Assembly: GCA_022566535.1 (NCBI GenBank)
Contig: JADFIR010000001.1
Coordinates: forward strand, 176,195 to 240,194
Direction: 5' to 3'
DNA from: Planctomycetota bacterium
GTDB lineage: Bacteria; Planctomycetota; Phycisphaerae; Phycisphaerales; SM1A02
DNA: 64,000 nt
Below the pieces are notes generated by a model. That model made no database searches and was not told where the DNA came from. It worked only from the letters and a program-made list of their open reading frames with translations. The translations under genes and the position numbers were made by a program. This document shows positions 55,011-64,000 of the stretch, in pieces; the first letter of the stretch is position 1, and each line of letters begins with the position of its first letter.

Positions 55011-56759
55011 ATGATGAGGCCTGAGCCTTCGGCGGGGTGGGCGAGGAAACGCCTCGAGCGTCTTCGAGCGACAAGACTTTACAAGCGCTATCGCTGGCCG
55101 GTTGTCGAGGTCCTGCCCTGGGAGGGAATCATCCTTCTCGGGGCGCTGGGCTTCGCAATCATCTCAGCGCTCGCCACCCGCTGGTTCATCCTGTTCCTCT
55201 TTCTCGCCGCGGCGTTCCTTGGTGTGGCATGGGCTCGGGCCTTCGATGAGAGTGAGAAGGGACGGCGATTTCGCGCCACAGCCGAGCATTGGGGCGTGTG
55301 GCTATGGGGATTGTTGCTGCTGACCATTGGAGTCGCCATCTTTTGGCGCTTCTCCACGCTTTGGGGTGCTGTAGCGTTTGGGGTCGCCTACCTTCTCGTC
55401 GGCGCGTTGCACGTGAGATGGCTCCATCGGCGCACAACACGGATGGCCTGCCAATTCAAGCGGGTCCTCGCGCTGAGCGTCACGCCCATTCTCGCCGCGT
55501 GGATACTCGACTCCATGATCTATGCCGGCTACGCCAGGGTTTCCGGGGCTCTGAGCCGGCGGTCCGAGGAGCGCCTGGTGCGCCAGGAACGGCTCGCCGA
55601 GAGAGAGCGTCGGGCGGGCTCCTGGGAGAGCGACGGTTCGGTGCCGGTCGCGGTCGCGTTGTCGGGAGGCGGCTACCGCGCAGCAGTTGCCCACGCGGGG
55701 CTGCTGTGGGCTCTGGACCGGGCGGGCGTTCCGATCCATTATCTGTCCACGGTTTCGGGAGGCTCCATCGTCGGGGCGACCTATGCGCTGGGCTGGTCGC
55801 CGGCGGACTTTCGTGATCACCTCAAGAGCACAAAGCCCGGCCTGCCCAACGACCTTGCGAACTTCTTCCCCGTATTCAAGCAGTTGCTCATTCCCAACTA
55901 TGGCAGCGGCGACACCTACGCTGCCCACTTCGATCGCGTCTACTTTCACGGCGACACAATGGATGAGACGGGCCCGCCAGTGCTGATCCTCAACGCGACC
56001 CGTTATCAGGATGGAACGCGGGAGGCCTTCTGGCCGGGACATACCCCCACGAAGCCGCTCGGGCGGCTGGTTGCCGCTTCGGGGGCGTTCCCCGTGGCCT
56101 TCGATCCTGTGCGGATCGGCGACCAAAGCTACATGGATGGCGGCGTCGTGGACAATCTGGGACTGGCCGGCCTGCAGCACTACTTCCGGGAAGTTGCCGG
56201 CGACCCGCAGATCTCCCAGCGCGTCCCGGGCGTTCTGATCATCTCCGATCTCAGCGTCATTCCGGAAGCGCCGCGAAGCTGGCGCAAACCGTCGGTGCCG
56301 CAGATGGCGACGCATGCGCAACAGACCTCCTACTTCGCCATGCATCAATGGATCTACAGCTTCTATACCGCAGGGAGGTATGACCGGACGAGCCCCACGA
56401 GGCTGCAACAACCCTATCCGGTGAAAGCGGGGCTGCTGTGGCCGGACCTTCCGCCGGCTGAGTCGGACCGGGAGGTCCAAGTGTTCGTGCTGAGCCCCGC
56501 ATCGCCCGCCGAGGGTGTTCACTTTGCTGGGCACGAGGCGCTGGTGGAAGCCGTATCGTCTTTGGTGACTCTCAAGGAACTGTCGCCCGACGAGGTCGAG
56601 GCCGCATTCTGGGTCGGGGCCCGCCTGGCCGAAGTCTATATGCCGCAAATCTGCGCAGCGGCCAAGGCGGTGAAATGCGAGGAGGTCGATCTGCCCCCGC
56701 CCCCGCCCGTGCCGTCGAGCCTCAAGCAGCTTCTGAAATCGACGCGAAAAAGGGATTGA
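55011..56759 (+). CDS. patatin-like phospholipase with N-terminal polytopic membrane domain
   Basis: About 190 aa containing several TM helices, then the oxyanion GGGYRA, the nucleophile elbow TVSGGS (first Gly of GxSxG replaced by Thr) and the catalytic Asp in YMDGGVVDNLG. Confidence 0.85.
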   Translation: MMRPEPSAGWARKRLERLRATRLYKRYRWPVVEVLPWEGIILLGALGFAIISALATRWFILFLFLAAAFLGVAWARAFDESEKGRRFRATAEHWGVWLWGLLLLTIGVAIFWRFSTLWGAVAFGVAYLLVGALHVRWLHRRTTRMACQFKRVLALSVTPILAAWILDSMIYAGYARVSGALSRRSEERLVRQERLAERERRAGSWESDGSVPVAVALSGGGYRAAVAHAGLLWALDRAGVPIHYLSTVSGGSIVGATYALGWSPADFRDHLKSTKPGLPNDLANFFPVFKQLLIPNYGSGDTYAAHFDRVYFHGDTMDETGPPVLILNATRYQDGTREAFWPGHTPTKPLGRLVAASGAFPVAFDPVRIGDQSYMDGGVVDNLGLAGLQHYFREVAGDPQISQRVPGVLIISDLSVIPEAPRSWRKPSVPQMATHAQQTSYFAMHQWIYSFYTAGRYDRTSPTRLQQPYPVKAGLLWPDLPPAESDREVQVFVLSPASPAEGVHFAGHEALVEAVSSLVTLKELSPDEVEAAFWVGARLAEVYMPQICAAAKAVKCEEVDLPPPPPVPSSLKQLLKSTRKRD

Positions 56760-56773
56760 GGAGGCATTTGGCA

Positions 56774-57817
56774 CTAGGCATTGGGGAGTTGGCCGGTTGA
56801 TATGTAGCCGTTGGGATGGTCTTGGCGCCAGTGCCATGCGGTGGCGATGATTTCGTCGAGGTCGGTGATTTGGGCGGACCAGCCGAGTTCGTCGCGGATC
56901 TTGGCAGCATCGGCGTAGAGGATGGGTGGGTCACCCGGCCGGCGCGGGCCTTCATGGGCCTCAAAGTCCACTGCGGTAACGCGCCGCGCGGCGTCGATGA
57001 TCTCTCGCACCGAGTATCCTTTGCCGATGCCGATGTTGTACGCGCGCCCATCGCCGGGCTTGAGCGAGTTCATCACGGTGACATGGGCGTCGATCAGATC
57101 GTCCACGTGCACGTAATCACGGATGCAGGTGCCATCCGGCGTGTCATAGTCGGTGCCGAAGATCGTGATCGCGTCGTGCTTCCCCAGCGCAACGTCAAGG
57201 CAAATTGGAATCAGATGTGTTTCCGGATGGTGATCCTCACCCAGCCGACCGTTGCGGTCGCTGCCGGCGACGTTGAAGTAGCGCAGGGTGGCAAAGGCGA
57301 ATTCCTCGTCTCCGGCCGTCTTCGCGTGCAGGTGGTCAAAGAGCATCTGCTCCACGGCGAGCTTCGACCGGCCGTAGGGATTGATCGGCCTCTGCGGGCA
57401 GTCTTCGGTGATGGGGATGTGCTGCGGGGCCGGCTCGCCGTAAGTTGCACAGGTGCTGGAGAAGACAAATCGATTGACGCCGGTCTGCTCCATCGCCTCC
57501 AGCAGCGAGAGGGCGTTGGCGGCGTTGTTGCGGTAATAGCGCAGCGGCTGGCTGACCGATTCGTCCACGTACGTGAGCGCGGCGAAGTGCATGACCAAGT
57601 CGATCGAGCGATCGCGCATCAGGTCGATCATGGCGGGCTTGTCGCCGAAGTCCGCTTCGAGGAATTGCAGCTCGGCTAGGTCTTGAAGTGCGTTGATTGC
57701 GCCGCGCCGGCCGCGCGAGAGATCATCGACGATCATGACGCGATGACGGTCTTGTAGCAATCGCAGCGCCGCGTGCGAGCCGATGTATCCTGCCCCGCCG
57801 GTGACAAGCACGTTCAT
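56774..57817 (-). CDS. galE: UDP-glucose 4-epimerase
   Basis: MNVLVTGGAGYIGSH and catalytic YGRSK. Confidence 0.9.
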   Translation of the reverse strand: MNVLVTGGAGYIGSHAALRLLQDRHRVMIVDDLSRGRRGAINALQDLAELQFLEADFGDKPAMIDLMRDRSIDLVMHFAALTYVDESVSQPLRYYRNNAANALSLLEAMEQTGVNRFVFSSTCATYGEPAPQHIPITEDCPQRPINPYGRSKLAVEQMLFDHLHAKTAGDEEFAFATLRYFNVAGSDRNGRLGEDHHPETHLIPICLDVALGKHDAITIFGTDYDTPDGTCIRDYVHVDDLIDAHVTVMNSLKPGDGRAYNIGIGKGYSVREIIDAARRVTAVDFEAHEGPRRPGDPPILYADAAKIRDELGWSAQITDLDEIIATAWHWRQDHPNGYISTGQLPNA

Positions 57818-57826
57818 GGTTCTATG

Positions 57827-58552
57827 TCAGTGCGACATCCATTTGAGTGCGACGAAACCGCCCACAAGCAGCACGGTGAACACGCAACAAAGTAAGTTGA
57901 AGTATCGGTCGATCAAAGGTAGCGCCTTGGGCCCGATCAGCCAAAAGATGCCCGCAACGGTGTAGAACCGGGACGCCCGCCCCACCAGGCATGCCAGGGC
58001 GAAAACGAACAGGTTCATGTGGGCGAATCCAGTGGTGATCGTCACCAGTTTGAAGGGGATCGGCGTCACAGCAGCGATGAACACGTACCACTGCCCGCGC
58101 TGGGTGAATTCAGCGGCCAGCCAGTCGATCCGCTCTTGGGTGATGCCGGGGATCATCAAGGCCAGGCTCTGCAGGGCAGGGATCGCGCCGATCGCGTAGC
58201 CCACGAACGCGCCGAGGATGCTGGCGATGGTCGTGACCGTTGCGAACCAGACGGCCTTGCGGCGATGACCGAGGCAGAGTGGGCCGAGCAGTACATCGGG
58301 TGGAACCGGAAAAAAGCTGGACTCCGCAAAGCTCAGGGCGAACAGCGCCCAAGTCGAGTGCCGATGGTGAGCAAACGACAGCACCCAGTCGTACAGCCGA
58401 CGATGGACGGCCCAGCGACTAACCACCAAGGTGGCCCGTGCGGCGAGCCCGTCCTGCTCGGTGACGGGTGGCGGGGGCGTGGGGGCTGCATCGCCGGTCG
58501 GGAGAGGGCCGGGCATGGCCGTATCATCGGCGACCGCGGGGCTCCAGTGCAA
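57827..58552 (-). CDS. YqaA/DedA-related membrane protein
   Basis: FAESSFFPVPPDVLL motif and 4-5 TM helices. The Pro/Ala-rich N-terminal extension may not be translated. Confidence 0.7.
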   Translation of the reverse strand: MHWSPAVADDTAMPGPLPTGDAAPTPPPPVTEQDGLAARATLVVSRWAVHRRLYDWVLSFAHHRHSTWALFALSFAESSFFPVPPDVLLGPLCLGHRRKAVWFATVTTIASILGAFVGYAIGAIPALQSLALMIPGITQERIDWLAAEFTQRGQWYVFIAAVTPIPFKLVTITTGFAHMNLFVFALACLVGRASRFYTVAGIFWLIGPKALPLIDRYFNLLCCVFTVLLVGGFVALKWMSH

Positions 58553-58689
58553 TCGCCGAGCCGGACCTCAACCGGCAAGCGGGGCGCGGCGAGCAGTCAA
58601 CCGGCGCGTGAGAACTGATTGATTGTCTGTCGATTGGCCGATAGGACGACTCAATCCGGAACTCCAGCCGCACCGCACGGAGGCGTTGT

Positions 58690-60165
58690 GTGAGCCAAAC
58701 GGCGATCATTATCGGTCTGCCCGAGACCTGCCGACGACTTGAGCGGCAGCTTGACCTGCTGCCCCAACGGCCGGTCACGCTCGGCTGGGTGCTGGCTGAG
58801 GGCGATTCACCGAATGCAGCGGGAGAGTCACGTCACGGCGACCCTGAGGTCCTGGGCGTGGTCAGCGAGCTTGAGGCCATTGTCGCCCGCCGAAGGCCGG
58901 ATGTGGCCCTGGTGGCCTTGCCGAGCGTGATGAGCCGGCTGATTGCAACCATCCGCACCCGTCTTCGGCGCTTGGGGGTGCCTGATCGATTCATGCCCAC
59001 GTTGGAAGATCAGATTGCGGGCATTGGGCCGCGGAGCCAACTGGAAGTCGATTTGGCTTCGCTGCTTGATCGCAAGCCCAGGAGTATCGACGAGCAGGCG
59101 GTCCGCCGAGTGATCCAGTCCAAGCGGGTGCTGATCACGGGTGCCGGAGGCTCGATCGGAAGCGAGCTGGCCCGGATCGTCTGCCGGTTCAACGCCCGGG
59201 AGTTGATTCTGGTCGATCGAGCAGAGAACGCGCTGTTCGAGATTGATCGGCAGATCGCGCGCCTTGCGCAGGACCTGCCCCGCCGGGCCGTGCTGCATGA
59301 TGTCGTTGACGCCGAGGCGACGCTGAAGCATTTCCGGCGCCTCAGGCCCGCCGTCGTCTTCCACGCTGCCGCCCACAAGCACGTGCCGATGATGGAGGGC
59401 CATCCCGCCGCGGCGGTCGACAACAATCTCTTTGGCACGAAATCCGTCGCCGATGCCGCAGACGCCGCCGGTACTGAACGGTTCGTCCTGATCAGCACGG
59501 ATAAAGCGGTCAATCCTCGCTCCATCATGGGAGCCACCAAGCGCCTCGCCGAGCTATACGTCCAGCACATCAATCAGCGGTCGCCGGTGAGTTTCTCGAT
59601 GGTCCGTTTCGGCAACGTGCTGGGGTCTACGGGCAGCGTGCTGGACATCTGGTCGAAGGAGATCGCCGAGGGCGGGCCGTTGACCGTGACCGACCCGGGC
59701 ATGACGCGATATTTCATGACCGTGGCCGAAGCGGCGGCGCTGGTGATTCAGTCAGCGGCGCTGGTGGATCCGCAGTCAGCGTGCCCGGAGGTGTTCCTTC
59801 TGGATATGGGTGAGCCGATCCGGGTGGTCGATCTCGCCCACCGGTTCATTGCGCTGCATGGCCTGGAGCCCCAGCGTCCGGATTCCTATGACCAGCAGGG
59901 CGGGCCGGGCCGCGTCCGCATCGTCTTCACCGGGGCCAGGCCGGGGGAGAAGCTGCATGAGGAACTGCTCGTCGGCGGAGAGGCGATCCGACCCAGCGCC
60001 CATCCCGATATTCACATCTGGCAGCTACCCGCGCCCGATCCTGACTTCGTTGAGCATATGATCAGCGTTTTGTCGCCACAGCGCCGCAGCCCGCAGGCCG
60101 CTGACGTTGCCGAGATGGTGCGCCATCTGGTGCTCCATGAACAGCCCCAACCAGCGGCGGCGTAG
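58690..60165 (+). CDS. CapD/WbpM-type polysaccharide biosynthesis protein (NDP-sugar 4,6-dehydratase/epimerase), no TM region
   Basis: VLITGAGGSIGSEL, AAHKHVPMME, GATKRLAE. GTG start. Confidence 0.85.
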   Translation: MSQTAIIIGLPETCRRLERQLDLLPQRPVTLGWVLAEGDSPNAAGESRHGDPEVLGVVSELEAIVARRRPDVALVALPSVMSRLIATIRTRLRRLGVPDRFMPTLEDQIAGIGPRSQLEVDLASLLDRKPRSIDEQAVRRVIQSKRVLITGAGGSIGSELARIVCRFNARELILVDRAENALFEIDRQIARLAQDLPRRAVLHDVVDAEATLKHFRRLRPAVVFHAAAHKHVPMMEGHPAAAVDNNLFGTKSVADAADAAGTERFVLISTDKAVNPRSIMGATKRLAELYVQHINQRSPVSFSMVRFGNVLGSTGSVLDIWSKEIAEGGPLTVTDPGMTRYFMTVAEAAALVIQSAALVDPQSACPEVFLLDMGEPIRVVDLAHRFIALHGLEPQRPDSYDQQGGPGRVRIVFTGARPGEKLHEELLVGGEAIRPSAHPDIHIWQLPAPDPDFVEHMISVLSPQRRSPQAADVAEMVRHLVLHEQPQPAAA

Positions 60166-60330
60166 GAAGCCCAAGCGGCTAGGCCATCGGCGTGCGTCGA
60201 AACAGAATCACAATGCGTGTGGCTTGCATCAATTCATCGCCGACAGGAAGATGGCGGCGACCTGGGAGATGATCAGACCTTTGGATGGGTTGCCGGCCGG
60301 ATTGGGTCGGCACGAGGCACGGGCTGGACG

Positions 60331-60753
60331 ATGAGTAATCCGCATGCCAAGGGCGGTCCGAAAGGTGGCTCCGCGCGGGGTCGATCAGGCGCCCGCACCC
60401 CCGACGGGGCGATCTACATCGGCCTGCTGATGATCGGCGGGTTCGCGATCTGGCTCTGGTCGATCGTCGCGCCCCAAGGCGGCACCTGGAAGCAGGGTCT
60501 GCTTGGGTACATCATTGCCATCGCGTTTCTTGTGAACCTCTACACTTGGCGAGCGTGTCGGGGCAGGCGTCTGGCCGGCTGGCAGCAGAGCCTGGCGCGC
60601 CTGCCCTTGCGCTGGGCCGGCTACGGAACCAAGGAGGGTCGTCCCCTCGAGGCCGCCAAGGGATCACCGCGTGCAAAGATAATGCTTCTTCTCAGCATCG
60701 CCAGCAGCATCGTGATCATTGTACTGCTGACCTGGCTGTTGATTCCGCTGTAG
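60331..60753 (+). CDS. hypothetical small membrane protein
   Basis: Three hydrophobic helices (IYIGLLMIGGFAIWLWSIV, LLGYIIAIAFLVNLY, IMLLLSIASSIVIIVLLTWLLI). Start trimmed to MSNPHAKGG. Confidence 0.45.
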   Translation: MSNPHAKGGPKGGSARGRSGARTPDGAIYIGLLMIGGFAIWLWSIVAPQGGTWKQGLLGYIIAIAFLVNLYTWRACRGRRLAGWQQSLARLPLRWAGYGTKEGRPLEAAKGSPRAKIMLLLSIASSIVIIVLLTWLLIPL

Positions 60754-60798
60754 CGAGCCGGCTTGTCCTCAAGCCGGTAGACGCGGATTGCGTTTGGA

Positions 60799-61395
60799 TT
60801 ACCCACCGCAGCGATCACTCGGGAACACTTCATCCACGGGCCGCGCTCGCTCTGGCGGAGATTGTTGTTGTTCAGCAAGCACCACCTCCCAATAGGCGAC
60901 ATCATGCCACCTCCCGAACTTCCAGCCAACGCGCTCGAAGCAGGCGACGCGGCGGAAGCCGAATGATTCGTGCAGGCGCACACTGGCGGGGTTCGGCGCG
61001 GTGATCCCCCCAAGCAGCGTGTGATAGCCCTGCGCTTCGAGTGTGGGGATCAACGCTTTGTACAATGAGGTGGCGATGCCTTGGCCGTGGTGGTCAGGAT
61101 CCACATACACCGTCACCTCAGCGGTCCAGTGATAAGCGCACCGACCCTTCCACGGCGCCGCCTTGGCGAAACCAACAATGCTCCCCTCTCCCCCTGGGAG
61201 AGAGGCTGGGGGTGAGGGCTTATCCACCGCCACAAACCACGGGTACATCTCGTGCGTGTCGCGCCAATCCTGCTGCCACGATTGCAGTGTCTCCGGCTCT
61301 ACCGCAAAGTTCGCTGTGGTGTGCTTCGCCGCCCAGTTGCTGATGGCAAGAATCGCCGGCAGGTCGTCGAATCTGGCCAGGTAGATGTCGGGCAC
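60799..61395 (-). CDS. GNAT family N-acetyltransferase (phosphinothricin-acetyltransferase-like)
   Basis: Typical GNAT core ...HGQGIATSLYKALIPTLEAQGYHTLLGGI... and N-terminal IYLARFDDLPAILAI. Confidence 0.8.
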   Translation of the reverse strand: MPDIYLARFDDLPAILAISNWAAKHTTANFAVEPETLQSWQQDWRDTHEMYPWFVAVDKPSPPASLPGGEGSIVGFAKAAPWKGRCAYHWTAEVTVYVDPDHHGQGIATSLYKALIPTLEAQGYHTLLGGITAPNPASVRLHESFGFRRVACFERVGWKFGRWHDVAYWEVVLAEQQQSPPERARPVDEVFPSDRCGG

Positions 61396-61446
61396 GGCGC
61401 CCCGTCTCCGGGTGAGGGTTGGCGGAGGTTCCAGCGACCGAAGCGG

Positions 61447-62514
61447 CTAGGACGAAGCCGGTGCAATCTTCGGCGTCTCGGAATCCGTGCGCTCTAAGAT
61501 CGCATTGAGTGCTTTGCGCGTCGCCACGGGCTCAATCCAGATCTGCTTGGAGACGATCTTCCCTTCACGATCGACAACGTAGCCTCGGTTCGGATGACCG
61601 CCGTATGCCTTGGTCACTTTGTCATCGAAGCCGTCGACAAGCACGTGCAGTTTGAGATTGAGCTTCTCTTTGCACAGTTTCGCGCATTCCAGTCGCTTCT
61701 CAAAAGAGGTGTGTTGCGGAATCTCGATGCCGGCGCGGCTGTTGATTGGCGCAACTCGACCGTCTGTGGGGTGCGCTTCGGCGGTATAGATCATGAGCCA
61801 TTGCACCTCGTCGCCGTATTCGGCCCGCAGGGCTGCCAGGTCGTCAACTTGCCGCCGGAACACCGGGCAGGTATAGCTGCCGAACTCAACCACGACGGGC
61901 TTACCGCGCAGCGATTTGAGGTTGAGCCGCTTGCCGTCGAGGTCGGCCAACTCGAAATCGGGGGCTGGCTCACCAACATTGGGTCCCTTGGCCGGATCGG
62001 GGCCGCCGCGGCCGCCTCGCCCCCGCTGGGGCATGAGATCCAATCCAGCGGCGCAGGCGTCCCACGCTTCCTGTCGCGCGGCGTCCAGGATGGCGCGCGC
62101 ATCGGCGAGAAACTGGGCGTTGATCGGCTGCAGCGTCTCGCGCAGGTTTTCCATCATCTCTCGACGATCCCGGCGGTCGCCACGTTGCCGATCCCTGCGC
62201 TCGCGAGGTCGCTGACCGTCGCCTCGTGACCCACGCATGACCTGGCGCATTGCGTCGCGCTGGTCCTGGCGTAGCTGCCGATAGCGGTCAACGATCTGTT
62301 GCATCTGCTCATCAGACGGCGCGACGGCGTCGCGGATTGTCTGTAAGACCTCGTCCTTGCTGGGATCGAATCGGTCGCGCGGCGGGCGTCGGCCCCGTTC
62401 ACCCTGTGGCTGCTCGTTCTTGGCGCCGTCCGGTGTCTGGTCCTGCCCGTAGGCCCAACTGCCCGATGAGAGCGCAAGTGCTGCAATTGCAACAAGTAAG
62501 GGGCCGCTTCGCAT
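61447..62514 (-). CDS. secreted thioredoxin-fold protein (deiodinase/peroxiredoxin-like) with charged helical N-domain
   Basis: Signal peptide MRSGPLLVAIAALALSSGSWAYG. Arg/Asp/Gln-rich helical part. VVVEFGSYTCPVFRRQ single-Cys Trx-fold motif. Confidence 0.7.
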   Translation of the reverse strand: MRSGPLLVAIAALALSSGSWAYGQDQTPDGAKNEQPQGERGRRPPRDRFDPSKDEVLQTIRDAVAPSDEQMQQIVDRYRQLRQDQRDAMRQVMRGSRGDGQRPRERRDRQRGDRRDRREMMENLRETLQPINAQFLADARAILDAARQEAWDACAAGLDLMPQRGRGGRGGPDPAKGPNVGEPAPDFELADLDGKRLNLKSLRGKPVVVEFGSYTCPVFRRQVDDLAALRAEYGDEVQWLMIYTAEAHPTDGRVAPINSRAGIEIPQHTSFEKRLECAKLCKEKLNLKLHVLVDGFDDKVTKAYGGHPNRGYVVDREGKIVSKQIWIEPVATRKALNAILERTDSETPKIAPASS

Positions 62515-62614
62515 GGTGGTGGTTCTCCTGGGGGGTGTGCAGGGTCGGTCAAACTCAGACATCAAACGGTGGCCGGCCCCCGGGTATTGCGAGCGTTTGA
62601 GAGGTTTCAATGCC

Positions 62615-63310
62615 TCAGCGTGCTGCCGCCGGCGTCAACACATTCAATCCCGTAAGTCCAAGCGGTTCCTTGGTGAAGAACGGTTCCGCGGCGGCGACCC
62701 CGATGCGGCTGCCGAAATAGGTTCCGGCGGCGTCGAGCCACTCGACGATCCGTCGGTTCTTCGCTGGTTGCACGAACTGACTGTCGTAAGCAAGAATCGC
62801 CTGGCGCTTGCGGTCCTCGTATCCGGTGATGTCCAAGAGAAAGCTCGGCTGAGGGATCGTCCGCAGGTGCGTGCAGTAGTAGTAGAACAACCAGCGCGGA
62901 TAGATCGGCTCCCCCGGAAGGTCAGTCTTGGTCAACTTTGCATCAAATCTGGCATCCTCAACGATGCGCGTCGTGGCGGTGTGGTCGGGATGGGCGTCCG
63001 GCAGGCAGGGTGTGAAGACGATCTCGGCTTGATGTTCACGAATCACCCCGGCGACCAAATGGCGGGCGTCAATGCTGTACTGGAGCACGCGGTTGGGAAG
63101 ATCGAGCCCCCGGCGTTGGACGCCGAGGATCTCTGCGGCCACGGCGGCCTCCTTTGCGCGCGTTTGCGGATCGCCGTACGGGGTCGGCTCGCCGTTGGTC
63201 ATGTCCAGCAGCAGAACGTCATGACCCTGTTCGGCAAGTTTGGCGATGGTGCCACCCATCCCCAGCTCTTGATCATCCGGATGTGGGCCGACGACGAGGA
63301 TGTTTGTCAT
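62615..63310 (-). CDS. PIG-L/LmbE family deacetylase (BshB1-like)
   Basis: VVGPHPDDQELGMGGTIAKL, DAHPDH, AYDSQF. Confidence 0.85.
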   Translation of the reverse strand: MTNILVVGPHPDDQELGMGGTIAKLAEQGHDVLLLDMTNGEPTPYGDPQTRAKEAAVAAEILGVQRRGLDLPNRVLQYSIDARHLVAGVIREHQAEIVFTPCLPDAHPDHTATTRIVEDARFDAKLTKTDLPGEPIYPRWLFYYYCTHLRTIPQPSFLLDITGYEDRKRQAILAYDSQFVQPAKNRRIVEWLDAAGTYFGSRIGVAAAEPFFTKEPLGLTGLNVLTPAAAR

Positions 63311-63345
63311 AGCGCTGGATCATAAAGCCCCAGGCATGCCTGGGG

Positions 63346-64000
63346 CTATGTGCTTTGTTTCAGCACGGAAATATAGATGGATTCCAGTTGTTGAATCATT
63401 GCGGAGGAATCAAAGCGAGTTCGGCACACCTCTTGGCCGCGGCGGGCCATCTCTGCTCGCTCGGCTGGATGATCCATCATCCACTGCACGGCGTCGCGCA
63501 ATGCCGCAGAATCGCCCGGCGGCACCAGTCGCCCGGTCTCGCCCTCGGCGCACGCTTCCTGGGCGCCATCGACATCATAGACGATGACCACCACGCTGCT
63601 GAGCAGCGCCTGGGGCACGGATCGCGGAAGCCCCTCGCGATAGCTGGGGTGAGCCAGCGCATCCATCGCTTGTAGATACTTGGGGATGTGCTCAGGCGGG
63701 ACCAGGCCGGTGTGGACCAGGCGCCGGCTGAGTCCCATGTCAGCAACGCGCTTCAGCAGCCGATCGCGCCACCACCCGTCGCCGACCCACAACAGTTTCA
63801 GGTTCGCCCGTTCGCGCATGAGCGGCGATACCGCATCGAGCAGATCGTCGTGGCCCTTCAGCTCGGCGAGCCGCGAGATCGTGCCGAGAACGAAGTCGTC
63901 ATCGCCAAAGCCGAGTTCACCCCGGACCTCGTCGCGCGACCAGCAAGGATTGATGAACCGATCCACCTCCATGCCGGAGTAGACGGTAACGAACTGGTCG
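63346..64000 (-). CDS. GT4 family glycosyltransferase, C-terminal part (5' end beyond window)
   Basis: The frame stays open past the listed Met to the window edge (..DQFVTVYSGMEVDRF..). Retaining-GT-B motif region YREGLPRSVPQALLS...GETGRLV. Confidence 0.8.
   Translation of the reverse strand, partial: DQFVTVYSGMEVDRFINPCWSRDEVRGELGFGDDDFVLGTISRLAELKGHDDLLDAVSPLMRERANLKLLWVGDGWWRDRLLKRVADMGLSRRLVHTGLVPPEHIPKYLQAMDALAHPSYREGLPRSVPQALLSSVVVIVYDVDGAQEACAEGETGRLVPPGDSAALRDAVQWMMDHPAERAEMARRGQEVCRTRFDSSAMIQQLESIYISVLKQST

Noticed and set aside
54821-56759. tmRNA-targeted genomic island
   Set aside because: No integrase. I could not find by eye a duplicated tmRNA 3' segment downstream. The composition looks like the core genome.
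55302-56837. 511-aa minus-strand ORF
   Set aside because: It is antisense to the patatin gene, which has clear catalytic motifs, and it runs into galE. Arg/Pro/Gly-rich.

Overview
This is a 64-kb high-GC bacterial chromosomal segment. Hand counts of single 60-nt lines give about 65-67% GC in core genes, and two patches sit at about 45-57%. The gene content looks Planctomycetota/PVC-like: prepilin-type pseudopilins, an exosortase/EpsI polysaccharide locus, giant TPR proteins and a dockerin-tailed repeat protein. That taxonomic guess is an inference; no search was run. All family calls rest on motifs I can read in the supplied translations. Starts are often trimmed from the ORF track and are less certain than stops.

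Layout:
- 0.7-3.8 kb: a low-GC islet with two unknown envelope genes, a HepT/MntA toxin-antitoxin pair, and lipA.
- 4.2-19.6 kb: an exopolysaccharide locus. It holds a Wza-like exporter, exosortase, EpsI, a 1606-aa TPR protein, a Wzc-like protein with a degenerate P-loop, a sugar epimerase/dehydratase, a WecA-like transferase, an LMW-PTP and a fructosamine kinase.
- 19.8-22.9 kb: a low-GC restriction-modification-like two-gene cassette bracketed by a 13-bp direct repeat.
- 22.9-31 kb: an orphan gene with a G-rich repeat, feoA-feoB plus a small Cys-rich gene, serC-serA-DUF1015, and a PilZ gene.
- 31.3-33.9 kb: a secreted protein with 13 repeats.
- 34.4-50.1 kb: a T4P/T2SS-like machine. A histidine kinase, response regulator, HD-GYP gene and STAS gene are translationally chained to its ATPase.
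- 50.3-64 kb: a GAF/fRMsr-like gene, recJ, adk, HAD, tmRNA, a membrane-anchored patatin, galE, yqaA-like, capD-like, GNAT, a thioredoxin-fold protein, a BshB1-like deacetylase and a GT4 fragment.

I recognised no rRNA, tRNA, CRISPR array, transposase or integrase.

The best candidates for something new are:
1. the pilus/secretion cluster with the embedded signalling genes;
2. the R-M-like cassette with a permuted methyltransferase and an unassigned partner;
3. the low-GC two-gene islet beside HepT/MntA.

None of these can be called novel without database searches.
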